This document shows, in pieces, positions 55,001 to 63,150 of a stretch of 64,000 bases of DNA. The notes beneath the pieces are model-generated. The model did no database searches, was not told the origin of the DNA, and worked only from the letters and a program-made list of their open reading frames with translations. The stretch spans positions 19,163 through 83,162 of the forward strand of contig JALOAG010000008.1 in NCBI GenBank assembly GCA_023228875.1. Reading direction: 5' to 3'. The position numbers were made by a program, and so were the translations under genes. This DNA is from Bacteroidia bacterium. Its GTDB lineage: Bacteria; Bacteroidota; Bacteroidia; NS11-12g; UBA955. Each line of letters begins with the position of its first letter. The first letter of the stretch is position 1.

Positions 55001-56342
55001 TAAATATTTCCTTTTCTTCTTCAAAAAGACTATCCTGATTGTCTTGTTTTGCTGTACGTTTCTTACTTCCTTTTTTTCGGATTAAAATATTGTTCAAGTT
55101 TTGCCAAATCTTAAACTCCTGAAATAAAGGCGAAGATTTTGGTGCAACACGCAAGCCAATTGTTTTTTTCTTTCCGTTTAATTCAACTTCCTTACTCTCA
55201 AATTCGCAAAAGCTGATTAAGCCTTTTTGAGATTTCAGTTTTCTTTGGTAAAAGATGATGATGTCCCGAATTTCTGTTTTGAGTTCTTCTGTTAATTCTG
55301 AATGATAGTTAGATTGAACTTCCCAAATTTTCTCAAACTCGTCCAAATAATCCTGACGATAAAACACTTGATTTTTCAATCGTGTATGACGGTTTTCCTT
55401 GATTTGCTGATACAAATATTGACCGACCGTCTGCTTGCTAAAATACAACTCCTTACTTCGATCTGAAATTGCACCAAGATAACCGCTCGAATTATTAAGG
55501 TTGTTGTTTATCTCTGTCAGAACAAAAGCGACCTCATCTTTTTCCAATTGTTTGGAAATTGCTTCACTTCGCCATTTGTAAGCCTGTATCTTTTTTTCTT
55601 CTCTTGTTCCTTTGTTTTCGGCTGTATTGAATTGATATTTTGTCCAAAACAAAGTGGAAGTTGCTCGTTGTCCTTTTCCTTTTAATTCTTTATAAAATTC
55701 ATCGGTAAGGATTTCAGGATAGAATTGTCTTTGAAAATCCCACACTTTGTCAAATTCAGCCTGCAAATCCGACCTGTAAAAATCAGGTATTGACTTTTTG
55801 CCTTCTTTCAAAAGCTGATAAACCAACTGGCCGGGCGTTATCTGTTCATCATACAACCGTTTCGCAACAGCCATTCCATCAATCGCCTGACCTTCATCTT
55901 CGTTCTTAGCTTTTCTACTGCTTTTATAACCTCGTTTTTTATTGATAGCTAAAAAAACACGTGCCAATTCATCTTTATCAATTTTCTCATAAGCGGCTTT
56001 TGATCGTAACATCCAAGTTGAAAAAGTGGTTTGTTTGCCATCTTCATTTAAAATAGAATTATTGTTAATGATATTAGCATTAACCAGTGCTTCAATTAAA
56101 TTTTTACGTCTGATTTTAAAACGGTCTAAATTTCTTCTAGCTCCACGTTTTAAGGTTCTTTCTTTATTAATCGAAAAAGATTTGCCTTTTTCAAAATTGG
56201 TTTGTTCATCTACAGTTAGTGAAATAATTCTAACACCTATTTGATTAATTTCAGAGTTTTTTAGTTTTTCATCTTCCAAGATGTGTGCAAAACCTATTGA
56301 GGATACTCCTAAATCCAGTCCAAGTATATTTTTTTTTGCCAT
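52065..56342 (-). CDS. cas9: Cas9 endonuclease, long Bacteroidota-type, type II-C (1425 aa)
   Basis: It has RuvC-I (ILGLDLGVSSIGFA), HNH (YDIDHIIPQSRLFDDSFSNKVLV) and RuvC-III (HHAMDALTVAF). No csn2 or cas4 is in the locus. Confidence 0.95.
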   Translation of the reverse strand: MAKKNILGLDLGVSSIGFAHILEDEKLKNSEINQIGVRIISLTVDEQTNFEKGKSFSINKERTLKRGARRNLDRFKIRRKNLIEALVNANIINNNSILNEDGKQTTFSTWMLRSKAAYEKIDKDELARVFLAINKKRGYKSSRKAKNEDEGQAIDGMAVAKRLYDEQITPGQLVYQLLKEGKKSIPDFYRSDLQAEFDKVWDFQRQFYPEILTDEFYKELKGKGQRATSTLFWTKYQFNTAENKGTREEKKIQAYKWRSEAISKQLEKDEVAFVLTEINNNLNNSSGYLGAISDRSKELYFSKQTVGQYLYQQIKENRHTRLKNQVFYRQDYLDEFEKIWEVQSNYHSELTEELKTEIRDIIIFYQRKLKSQKGLISFCEFESKEVELNGKKKTIGLRVAPKSSPLFQEFKIWQNLNNILIRKKGSKKRTAKQDNQDSLFEEEKEIFTLDLETKQHLFDELNFKGNLKANKIIELLGYKPTDWEINYSELEGNRTNKALYEAYLKILDIEGYDVKDLLKVKSNKDEVELDDLNVPAIEIKKMVRDIFQTLEIDTKILEFDAELDGTAFEEQLSYQLWHLLYSYEGDNSQSGNEKLYELLEKKFGFKKEHSQILANISLSDDYGNLSSKAMRKVYPFIKENNYSTACELAGYRHSKHSLTKEEIDNRPLEDKLELLKKNSLRQPVVEKILNQMVNVVNTLIEKNRKGNPDFRFDEIRIELARELKKNAQERAEMTTNINAAKLENDKIRAIIKRDFPSVQNPTKNDIIRYKLYEELAFNAYKDLYTNTKIDYHKLFGKEYDIDHIIPQSRLFDDSFSNKVLVPRQANLDKGNKTAFDYMSTKGEGDFSKYESVVEILYMEKKISKAKYQKLFKKESEIGDGFIERDLRETQYIAKKAKEMLFKITRSVVSTSGSITDRLREDWDLVNVMKELNLPKYRSLGLTEMQERKFGKQVEVIKDWTKRNDHRHHAMDALTVAFTKHNHIQYLNYLNARKNENHKLHSNIVAIENLETEIKVDNDGNKKRVFKEPIPNFRQVAKEHLENVLISHKAKNKVVTKNKNKISGKDKAQETLTPRGQLHKETVYGKYHYYESKEEKVSTKFDVETINKVANPLYRKFLLQRLSENGNDPMKVFAGKNALSKNPIYLDEAKSKALPEIVKLVWLTEDFSIRKDITPENFKDDKLIGKIVDEGIKTIMRNRLKEYGGDPKKAFSDLDKNPIWLNKEKGISIKRVTISGVSNAEPLHYKKDHFGNFMLDENGMKIPVDYVSTGNNHHVAVYRDEKGNLQENVVSFYEAVARSNQGLPIIDKTYNQHLGWQFLFTLKQNEMFVFPNEKTGFNPNEIDLLDPKNKKEISQNLFRVQKFSKLIYGNSAVREYVFRHHLETTIDDRKELKDITFKNIKSLPNFEGIVKVRINHLGDIVSIGEY

Positions 56343-56388
56343 TGTGAAAAATTAATAATTAATGGCATGCAAGTAATAACTTTATTCT

Positions 56389-56396
56389 TATATTTG
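56389..56396 (+). promoter_or_regulatory. Bacteroidota sigma-A -7 box (TAtaTTTG) positioned to start tracrRNA transcription at about 56401
   Basis: TATATTTG matches TAnnTTTG and sits 4-8 nt upstream of the first anti-repeat nucleotide. No convincing -33 TTTG was found. Confidence 0.45.
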
Positions 56397-56400
56397 CAAC

Positions 56401-56472
56401 ACTGTAAGCAAATCACAATAAGGATTATTTCCGTTGTGAAAACATTTAAGGCGGGGTAACTCGCCTTTTTTT
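56401..56472 (+). ncRNA. tracrRNA. The anti-repeat ACUGUAAGCAAAUCACAAU is followed by a stem-loop region and an intrinsic terminator (GGCGGGguaaCUCGCC-U7).
   Basis: Positions 56401-56419 are the reverse complement of repeat nt 1-18(19), with a G-U at the end. The terminator is at 56449-56472. It lies in the 197-nt gap upstream of cas9 and is transcribed divergently. Confidence 0.85.
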
Positions 56473-56539
56473 ATCCAAATCTATAACGCATTTTTTCAAC
56501 TTTACCTACTACCTTTGCAGCCTTCAAACAAAAATCCAA

Positions 56540-57865
56540 ATGAACAGGTCTGTCGCTTTTTATACTTTGGGTTGTAAGCTCAATTACTCCGAATCTTCTT
56601 CGCTCAACCAACAGCTTGAGAAAATTGGATATACAACTAAGGACTTTACTGAAGGACCTGATGTTTATGTGATTAATACTTGTTCAGTTACAGACCATGC
56701 GGATAAAAAGTGTAAGAAGATAGTGAGAGAGGCGTTGAAGTATAATCCCAACGCTTTTGTTGCGGTGATTGGTTGCTATGCGCAGTTGAAGCCCGGTGAA
56801 ATTGCTACAATTGAAGGGGTTGATTTGGTGTTGGGTGCTGCTGAAAAGTTCAATCTGACACAACATTTGGATAATATCACCAAGAAAGAAAAAGCTGAAA
56901 TCGCCCATTCTAATATCAAAAAAGTAGTGGACTTTGTGCCCGGATTTTCCGGAGATGACAGAACAAGGTCTTTTTTAAAAGTTCAAGACGGCTGTGATTA
57001 TTTCTGTTCCTTCTGCACAATCCCATTGGCAAGAGGCAGTAGCCGCAGTCTCAATGTGAGTGATACGTTGAAAGTAGCTCGCACACTTGCAGCTACTGAC
57101 GTGAAAGAAGTCGTGCTGACCGGATGTAATCTGGGAGACTTTGGTGTCAATCACGATGAGAGTTTTCTGGATTTAATTAGAGAATTGGATAAAGTAGATG
57201 GGATTATGCGTTATCGTATTTCCTCTATTGAGCCAAATTTGTTGAAAGATGAAATCATTGATTTTGTTGCCAATTCAAATAAATTTCTACCCCATTTTCA
57301 TATTCCGCTTCAAAGTGGATCGAACACTATTCTCAAAGCAATGCGCAGACGTTATTTGAGAGAGTTATATGAAGAAAAAATCAACAAGATTAAAGTAGTT
57401 ATGCCTGATTGTGCCATTGGAGTTGATGTTATTGTTGGTTTTCCGGGCGAAACCCACGAGGAGTTTTTAAAGACATATAATTTTTTAAATGGCTTAGATG
57501 TTAGCTACTTTCACGTATTTCCGTATTCTGAACGACCCAATACCACTGCTTGGAAAATGTCTGATATTGTGCCTGTAAAGGTAAGAGGGGAGAGGACGCA
57601 GCAGTTGATGAATCTTTCTGAAAAGAAAAGACAATTTTTCTATCGCTCATGTTTAGGCAAAACCTATCCTGTATTATTTGAAAAAGAGGAAAGAGAAGGC
57701 AAGATGTATGGGTTTACTCCCAACTACATTCGTGTTGAGGCAGACTATGACCCTATGTTAATCAACGAGATTGTGGATGTGAAATTGGAAAGTATCAATA
57801 CCGAAACAATGCATGTTGTGGGCACTGTTTCGGAGTATTCAGCCACAGCACTTAAATTCAGTTGA
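56540..57865 (+). CDS. mtaB: radical-SAM methylthiotransferase, MtaB-like (tRNA t6A37 methylthiotransferase), MiaB/RimO family
   Basis: It has an N-terminal MTTase Cys triad (YTLGCKLN...C...C), a radical SAM CxxxCxxC (CDYFCSFC) and a TRAM-like C-terminus. Confidence 0.75.
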   Translation: MNRSVAFYTLGCKLNYSESSSLNQQLEKIGYTTKDFTEGPDVYVINTCSVTDHADKKCKKIVREALKYNPNAFVAVIGCYAQLKPGEIATIEGVDLVLGAAEKFNLTQHLDNITKKEKAEIAHSNIKKVVDFVPGFSGDDRTRSFLKVQDGCDYFCSFCTIPLARGSSRSLNVSDTLKVARTLAATDVKEVVLTGCNLGDFGVNHDESFLDLIRELDKVDGIMRYRISSIEPNLLKDEIIDFVANSNKFLPHFHIPLQSGSNTILKAMRRRYLRELYEEKINKIKVVMPDCAIGVDVIVGFPGETHEEFLKTYNFLNGLDVSYFHVFPYSERPNTTAWKMSDIVPVKVRGERTQQLMNLSEKKRQFFYRSCLGKTYPVLFEKEEREGKMYGFTPNYIRVEADYDPMLINEIVDVKLESINTETMHVVGTVSEYSATALKFS

Positions 57866-57880
57866 TTCTAAAAATACAGA

Positions 57881-59077
57881 ATGTATCCTACCTTATATGA
57901 CATGTTTGCAGATTTGTTTGGAGTTCATCTCCCATTTCTGCGTGTAGTTCAATCCTTTGGTTTTTTTGTTGCCATCTCTTTTTTGCTCGCTCATTATACG
58001 ATGTCTCTTGAGTTGAAGCGCAAAGAAAAAGCAGGGGTGTTGAGTGGAAAAAAGATTAAAGTAATTATTGGAAAACCCTATGCTGTGTCCGAGTATGTAT
58101 TGAGCGGTTTTCTCGGTTTTTTGTTGGGATTTAAACTGTTACCAATCTTCTTTTTCAGCAGCGATATGGCAGATCCGCGTTCTTTTCTTTTGTCAGCAGA
58201 AGGAAATTGGTTGTTGGGAGGATTGAGTGCTGTTGCTGTTGTTTTATATAAAAAATACGAAGACAAGAAGCAGCGTAAAAATCCTCCTGTGGAGCAAGAG
58301 GTTTTGGAACGTCCTTATCAAATAATGGGGAATATGACGGTTATTGCGGCTGTTGCAGGCTTGATTGGAGCTAAACTGTTTCATAATCTCGAAAACTGGG
58401 ATCATTTTGTTGCAGACCCTATTGGCTCTTTGCTATCATTTAGCGGGCTTACATTTTTTGGAGGATTAATATGTGGTGGTGCTGCTGTTCTTTGGTATGC
58501 AAACAAAAAAGGAGTAAAACCCTTACACATGCTTGACGTTGGAGGACCTGCTATGATGTTGGCTTATGCATCCGGTAGAATCGGGTGTCATATTTCAGGT
58601 GATGGCGATTGGGGGATTGTGAATACGGCTCCAATGCCGGCTTGGTTGTCTTGGCTTCCTGAATGGGTCTGGGCTTATAATTATCCTAACAATGTGAATG
58701 GTGAATGTAATCCATACACGATTGGAACTCCTGAGTATTTGGCAAATCTGAATTGTGATTTTTCTGAAACTCCTTATTTGGTTGCTAATGTTTTTCCAAC
58801 TCCTTTATACGAAATCATCGTTTGTGGTATTTTCTTTTTTGTATTGTGGTCTTTGCGTAAACGGATTCATACTCCGGGAGTTTTATTTGGAATTTATATG
58901 ATCATGGCAGGTTTTGAACGCTTTTGGATTGAAAAAATCAGGGTAAACACTATTATACACTTTTTAGGAATGAAAGTTACCCAAGCCGAAATCATCTCTG
59001 TTATACTAATGTTGGGAGGCGTTGCATTGATTGTGTATGCAAAACGAAAAAATAAGATTCAAACAGCCCTTTTATAA
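57881..59077 (+). CDS. lgt: prolipoprotein diacylglyceryl transferase (long Bacteroidota form)
   Basis: It is a polytopic membrane protein with the Lgt-like G...R.G....GD.D.G signature region (ASGRIGCHISGDGDWG). Confidence 0.55.
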   Translation: MYPTLYDMFADLFGVHLPFLRVVQSFGFFVAISFLLAHYTMSLELKRKEKAGVLSGKKIKVIIGKPYAVSEYVLSGFLGFLLGFKLLPIFFFSSDMADPRSFLLSAEGNWLLGGLSAVAVVLYKKYEDKKQRKNPPVEQEVLERPYQIMGNMTVIAAVAGLIGAKLFHNLENWDHFVADPIGSLLSFSGLTFFGGLICGGAAVLWYANKKGVKPLHMLDVGGPAMMLAYASGRIGCHISGDGDWGIVNTAPMPAWLSWLPEWVWAYNYPNNVNGECNPYTIGTPEYLANLNCDFSETPYLVANVFPTPLYEIIVCGIFFFVLWSLRKRIHTPGVLFGIYMIMAGFERFWIEKIRVNTIIHFLGMKVTQAEIISVILMLGGVALIVYAKRKNKIQTALL

Positions 59078-59192
59078 CTGTTGTTGTATTTGTTAGTTCA
59101 GTTCGTCTGTCTGACAATATCGATTTTTATAGAGAACAATGTGTGGCAATTGCATATTTACAGTTAATTCGTACATTCAAAAAAACTTATAT

Positions 59193-59645
59193 ATGAAACA
59201 TAAAGTATTACTAAGTCTGTTGATTATTCTTTCTTTCATCTCCTTCAATGTGTATGCAGTTGTGAACCAAACCAAGGTGAAGAATGAGAATAAGTACAAA
59301 AATTTGAAAGTGCTTCCCCAAGATATTTCTGAAGAAGAACTCAAAGCAACCATGAAATTTTTTAATACTTCTTTGGGTGTTAAATGTAGCTTTTGCCATG
59401 TCGCCAATCCTGATAATCCTAAAGATTTAGACTTCGCAAGTGATGACAATCATAAAAAGCTGGCTGCACGTTATATGATGAAAATGACGCAGGAAATCAA
59501 TGATACACACTTCAAGCCATTTCTCGGTCAAGATGGCAACACCATAGTTCCTGATCATATTAACTGTATGACTTGTCATAATGGACAGCAAAAACCAATT
59601 ACTACTCCTGCGGTTCCTATACCTGATGTGAACAATGGTAAGTAA
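59193..59645 (+). CDS. di-haem c-type cytochrome. The start is at MKHKVLL.
   Basis: It has a signal peptide and two CxxCH motifs (CSFCH and CMTCH). Confidence 0.7.
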   Translation: MKHKVLLSLLIILSFISFNVYAVVNQTKVKNENKYKNLKVLPQDISEEELKATMKFFNTSLGVKCSFCHVANPDNPKDLDFASDDNHKKLAARYMMKMTQEINDTHFKPFLGQDGNTIVPDHINCMTCHNGQQKPITTPAVPIPDVNNGK

Positions 59646-59730
59646 TGTTATTTTTAAACGCGAATACACGCTTCTAACTTTATTTTCAGACTCTTACCAA
59701 AGATGATTTAACTGAGATTATCTTTGCTGC

Positions 59731-60096
59731 GTGAAAAATGCTTTGAGATCCATTGCGGTGTCGCTTTTGATTGTTGTCTATGCCTTTGCAGTAGGGCATA
59801 GCAGTTTACATAGCGATTTGCATCAAAGCAAAACTCACACAGATGAGTCAAGTACTTTTAAAAATATTGTCGATAGCTGGCTTAGTTCTGCAAGTGGCAA
59901 TGAAAGCTCATACAGTAATAGCCTTAGATTCTATTTTTCAGGGGAGAAGAATCTGAATACGGATTTTGTGATTTTATTAAAAAAAGCAGCCCGTTACTTT
60001 CAGACCTATTTTATTCAATATACATTCTTTGAAAAGAATCTCATTGAGAGACTGTTTCCACAGGATATCATTTTCCCTTTCCATTATTTTTGGTAA
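59731..60096 (+). CDS. hypothetical small secreted protein
   Basis: Support is the ORF plus a signal-like N-terminus only. Confidence 0.3.
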   Translation: MKNALRSIAVSLLIVVYAFAVGHSSLHSDLHQSKTHTDESSTFKNIVDSWLSSASGNESSYSNSLRFYFSGEKNLNTDFVILLKKAARYFQTYFIQYTFFEKNLIERLFPQDIIFPFHYFW

Positions 60097-60193
60097 AAGC
60101 AGAGGTTTCATGCAGTTTTAACGGATACCTTTCTCTCCGTCAATGTTGACGGGATCAAAAAATTATTAACCAAAAAAAATAAAAATTAATAAA

Positions 60194-60685
60194 ATGTTTT
60201 CAGGAACAACAATCATAGGGTTGATTATAGTGTTGCTATGTATCATTCCCATAGTGCTGATGTTTGTCAGCAGCAAAAAGAAAAAAGCAAGAGCGCTAAA
60301 CGCTTTAAAGGAGCTGGCAACTGAGTCAAATAAGAAGGTTGCACAATTTGACCAATGGAAAGAAAATGCAATCGGAACTGACGAAGCCCATACCATGATT
60401 TTTGCTGTACGCAAAATGAAAGATAGTGTGTTGAAATATGCTATTAATCTGAGTGGTGTCAGGTCTTGCAAAGTCATCAATAGGAGCAGGACAGTGAAAT
60501 TTGAAGGAGGGAATACCACATTAATAGAACAATTGTCTTTGCAATTTGAATATAAAGACCCATCAAAAGGAGAAATGGTACTTGATTTTTATCACAATGG
60601 CTATGATACAGTAGCGATTGCAGATGAACTTCTACTCATACAGAAATGGGAAATACTCATTCAGGATGCCTTAAACAAAAACTAA
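60194..60685 (+). CDS. hypothetical membrane-anchored protein
   Basis: It has an N-terminal TM helix and is followed by a strong terminator. Confidence 0.4.
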   Translation: MFSGTTIIGLIIVLLCIIPIVLMFVSSKKKKARALNALKELATESNKKVAQFDQWKENAIGTDEAHTMIFAVRKMKDSVLKYAINLSGVRSCKVINRSRTVKFEGGNTTLIEQLSLQFEYKDPSKGEMVLDFYHNGYDTVAIADELLLIQKWEILIQDALNKN

Positions 60686-60704
60686 AGGTTTTGGACTTGT
60701 TAAA

Positions 60705-60735
60705 AAGCCTCGCTCAAAAGCGAGGTTTTTTTTTG
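60705..60735. terminator. bidirectional rho-independent terminator
   Basis: The sequence is aaaaaGCCTCGCTcaaaaGCGAGGttttttttt. Confidence 0.75.
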
Positions 60736-60740
60736 TCTTT

Positions 60741-61811
60741 TTATGATTTGAGTAAGACATCTACTATTTCTTGAGCAGCATTTCCGTTGCCATAAAGCCC
60801 TTCTTTTGCTTCAAAAGGCTTGTTGTAGATTTGATTGAAATAGGATATGATTTTGTCTTCATTGGCACCTGCCACAAAATTTACATTGTGTTGCACTAAT
60901 TCTATCCATTCGGTTTCATCTCGCATGGTGATACAGTATTTCTTTTTAAGATAAGCCTCCTTTTGCAGTCCACCGCTGTCGGTGAGGACGAAACTACAAT
61001 TTTCTAATAAGCCCAACATGGTGAGATAACCAACAGGGTCAATGATTTTAAAATTTGGAACGATATTTAAAGTTTCAAAAAATTGACGAGTGCGCGGATG
61101 TAGGGGTAGTATAATCTCAACTTCCTTAGAAATTGTGTTCAATGCATTAACAATTGCGCGAAGGCGATCGGGATTGTCAGTGTTTTCTGCGCGATGTATG
61201 GTACAGAGGGTATATTTCTTTTGTTCAGTTATGGGAGACAAGGACTCAGCATCAGGGGCATAGTTAGAAAAGAATTTAAGTGCATCATACATAATGTCTC
61301 CGGTGCGGATTACTTGACAGGGGTAATCTTTAAACCCTTCTTTACTAAGATTTTCAATAGCGCTATCGGTAGGGCAGAATAGGAAGTCCGAAATGCGGTC
61401 AGTCAATATTCGGTTTACTTCTTCCGGCATTTTCATGTTGAAACTTCGCAAACCTGCCTCCACATGAGCCACCTTCACATGCAGTTTTTTTGCAGCTAAT
61501 GCCCCTGCAAGAGTGGAGTTTGTATCTCCATACACAAGCACAAAGTCGGGTTTTTCTTTCAGTATAATTTTTTCAATTTCTTCCAACATGCGACCTGTCA
61601 TAGCACCATGTCCTAAACTGTGAATATCAAGTTTGTATGAGGGAGCAGGGATTTTCATTTCAGAAAAGAAAATGTCACTCATGTTGGAATCAAAGTGTTG
61701 TCCCGTATGAACCAATATTTCGGTAATACCATTGGTCTCAGCTATTTTTCTGCTTAGAGGAGCAGCCTTTATAAACTGCGGACGTGCTCCGATGATGGTC
61801 AAAATCTTCAT
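60741..61811 (-). CDS. wecB: UDP-N-acetylglucosamine 2-epimerase (non-hydrolysing)
   Basis: MKILTIIGARPQFIKAAPL... is the canonical WecB/MnaA N-terminus. Confidence 0.9.
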   Translation of the reverse strand: MKILTIIGARPQFIKAAPLSRKIAETNGITEILVHTGQHFDSNMSDIFFSEMKIPAPSYKLDIHSLGHGAMTGRMLEEIEKIILKEKPDFVLVYGDTNSTLAGALAAKKLHVKVAHVEAGLRSFNMKMPEEVNRILTDRISDFLFCPTDSAIENLSKEGFKDYPCQVIRTGDIMYDALKFFSNYAPDAESLSPITEQKKYTLCTIHRAENTDNPDRLRAIVNALNTISKEVEIILPLHPRTRQFFETLNIVPNFKIIDPVGYLTMLGLLENCSFVLTDSGGLQKEAYLKKKYCITMRDETEWIELVQHNVNFVAGANEDKIISYFNQIYNKPFEAKEGLYGNGNAAQEIVDVLLKS

Positions 61812-62049
61812 GAAGGCTGCGAAGTTAATTCAAATACTTCTTTTGAACTTGTCTTTTCATCTAAGTAATATAGGTGCGCTTGCTACGTTCCATTCTCTCA
61901 CAAGGTTTGATAACAATACTTTTCCGGTTACTGCTTGGGGTTCAGGTATAAGTAGTGCGATGGATAGCGGTTTCTTGTATGGAGTGCGCTATCAATTTTA
62001 AACCTTTAGTTTTGACAATTCAAAACTAAACAATCATTACTCAACATTC

Positions 62050-63150
62050 TTGCCTACATTTGCGCCACTCAATAAAATAATGACTCAAATTAAATTTACT
62101 TCAAAACCTGACTTCTTTCTCATACTCAGAAACAGAATTGACGGTTACTTTAAGGATAACAATCTGAATAAAACCGGAGATTTCCGACTGTATTCAAAAT
62201 CTATCATATTGTTTAGTGCATTGGTTGCACTCTATGTTATATTGGTGTTTTTTACACCCTCAACCTGGTTGGCACTCTTGCTTTGTGTGTTGATGGGGGT
62301 TACTTTAGCCGCCATTGGTTTTAACGTAATGCACGATGGAGCACATGGGTGTTATTCTTCAAATCCAACGATTAATGCAATCATGGGTTTTTCTTTAAAT
62401 GTAATGGGGGGGAATGTGTATATCTGGAAACAAAAACATAACGTGAATCACCACTCTTTTACGAATATCGAAGGAATGGATGATGATATTGACATCAAAC
62501 CTTTTATTCGCGTTCATACTGCGCAAAAGAAGAATTTTCTCCACCCTTTACAACATTTCTATTGGGTTTTGCTTTATGGTACAACTTATATCTTTTGGGT
62601 GTTTTATAATGATTTTAAAAAGTATTTCAGTGGTAAAATCTCTGAATATACCCCCATTCCTAAGATGAGTATCAAAGAACAGCTGAATTTCTGGTCCTCA
62701 AAAATATTCTATGTTTTCTTGTTCATCGTACTTCCGGGAATAATGGTTGGATGGATTCCAATGTTAGTTGGCTATTTAGTGATTTGTTATGTTACAGGCT
62801 TGTTGATTGCTGTTGTCTTTCAATTGGCGCATGTAGTAGAGAAGGCTGACTTTGTTGACCCTGTGTCTTCAGGTTTTAGTGTGGAGGATGAATGGGCAAT
62901 ACATCAATTAAAGACTACTGCAAATTTTGGAACCGGCAGTAAATTTCTGAATTGGTTGTTGGGTGGGTTAAATTTTCAGGTTGAACATCATTTGTTTCCA
63001 AGAATCAGTCATGTGCATTATGCTAAGATGAATGAGATTGTGAAAGAAACTTGTAAAGAGTATAATGTTGAATACAAAGAGTATAGAACTATGTATCAAG
63101 CACTCAAATCTCATGTCATGCACTTAAAAGCAGTAGGACAGGCAGCTTAA
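62050..63150 (+). CDS. membrane fatty-acid desaturase (acyl-lipid/acyl-CoA desaturase family). The start is possibly at MTQIKF near 62080.
   Basis: It has three His boxes (HDGAHG, HNVNHH, QVEHHLFP) and four TM segments. Confidence 0.8.
   Translation: MPTFAPLNKIMTQIKFTSKPDFFLILRNRIDGYFKDNNLNKTGDFRLYSKSIILFSALVALYVILVFFTPSTWLALLLCVLMGVTLAAIGFNVMHDGAHGCYSSNPTINAIMGFSLNVMGGNVYIWKQKHNVNHHSFTNIEGMDDDIDIKPFIRVHTAQKKNFLHPLQHFYWVLLYGTTYIFWVFYNDFKKYFSGKISEYTPIPKMSIKEQLNFWSSKIFYVFLFIVLPGIMVGWIPMLVGYLVICYVTGLLIAVVFQLAHVVEKADFVDPVSSGFSVEDEWAIHQLKTTANFGTGSKFLNWLLGGLNFQVEHHLFPRISHVHYAKMNEIVKETCKEYNVEYKEYRTMYQALKSHVMHLKAVGQAA

Noticed and set aside
61812-62049. 238-nt intergenic region between wecB and the desaturase, scanned for an RNA gene or repeat.
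   Set aside because: It is AT-rich promoter-like sequence for two divergent genes with no recognisable structure.
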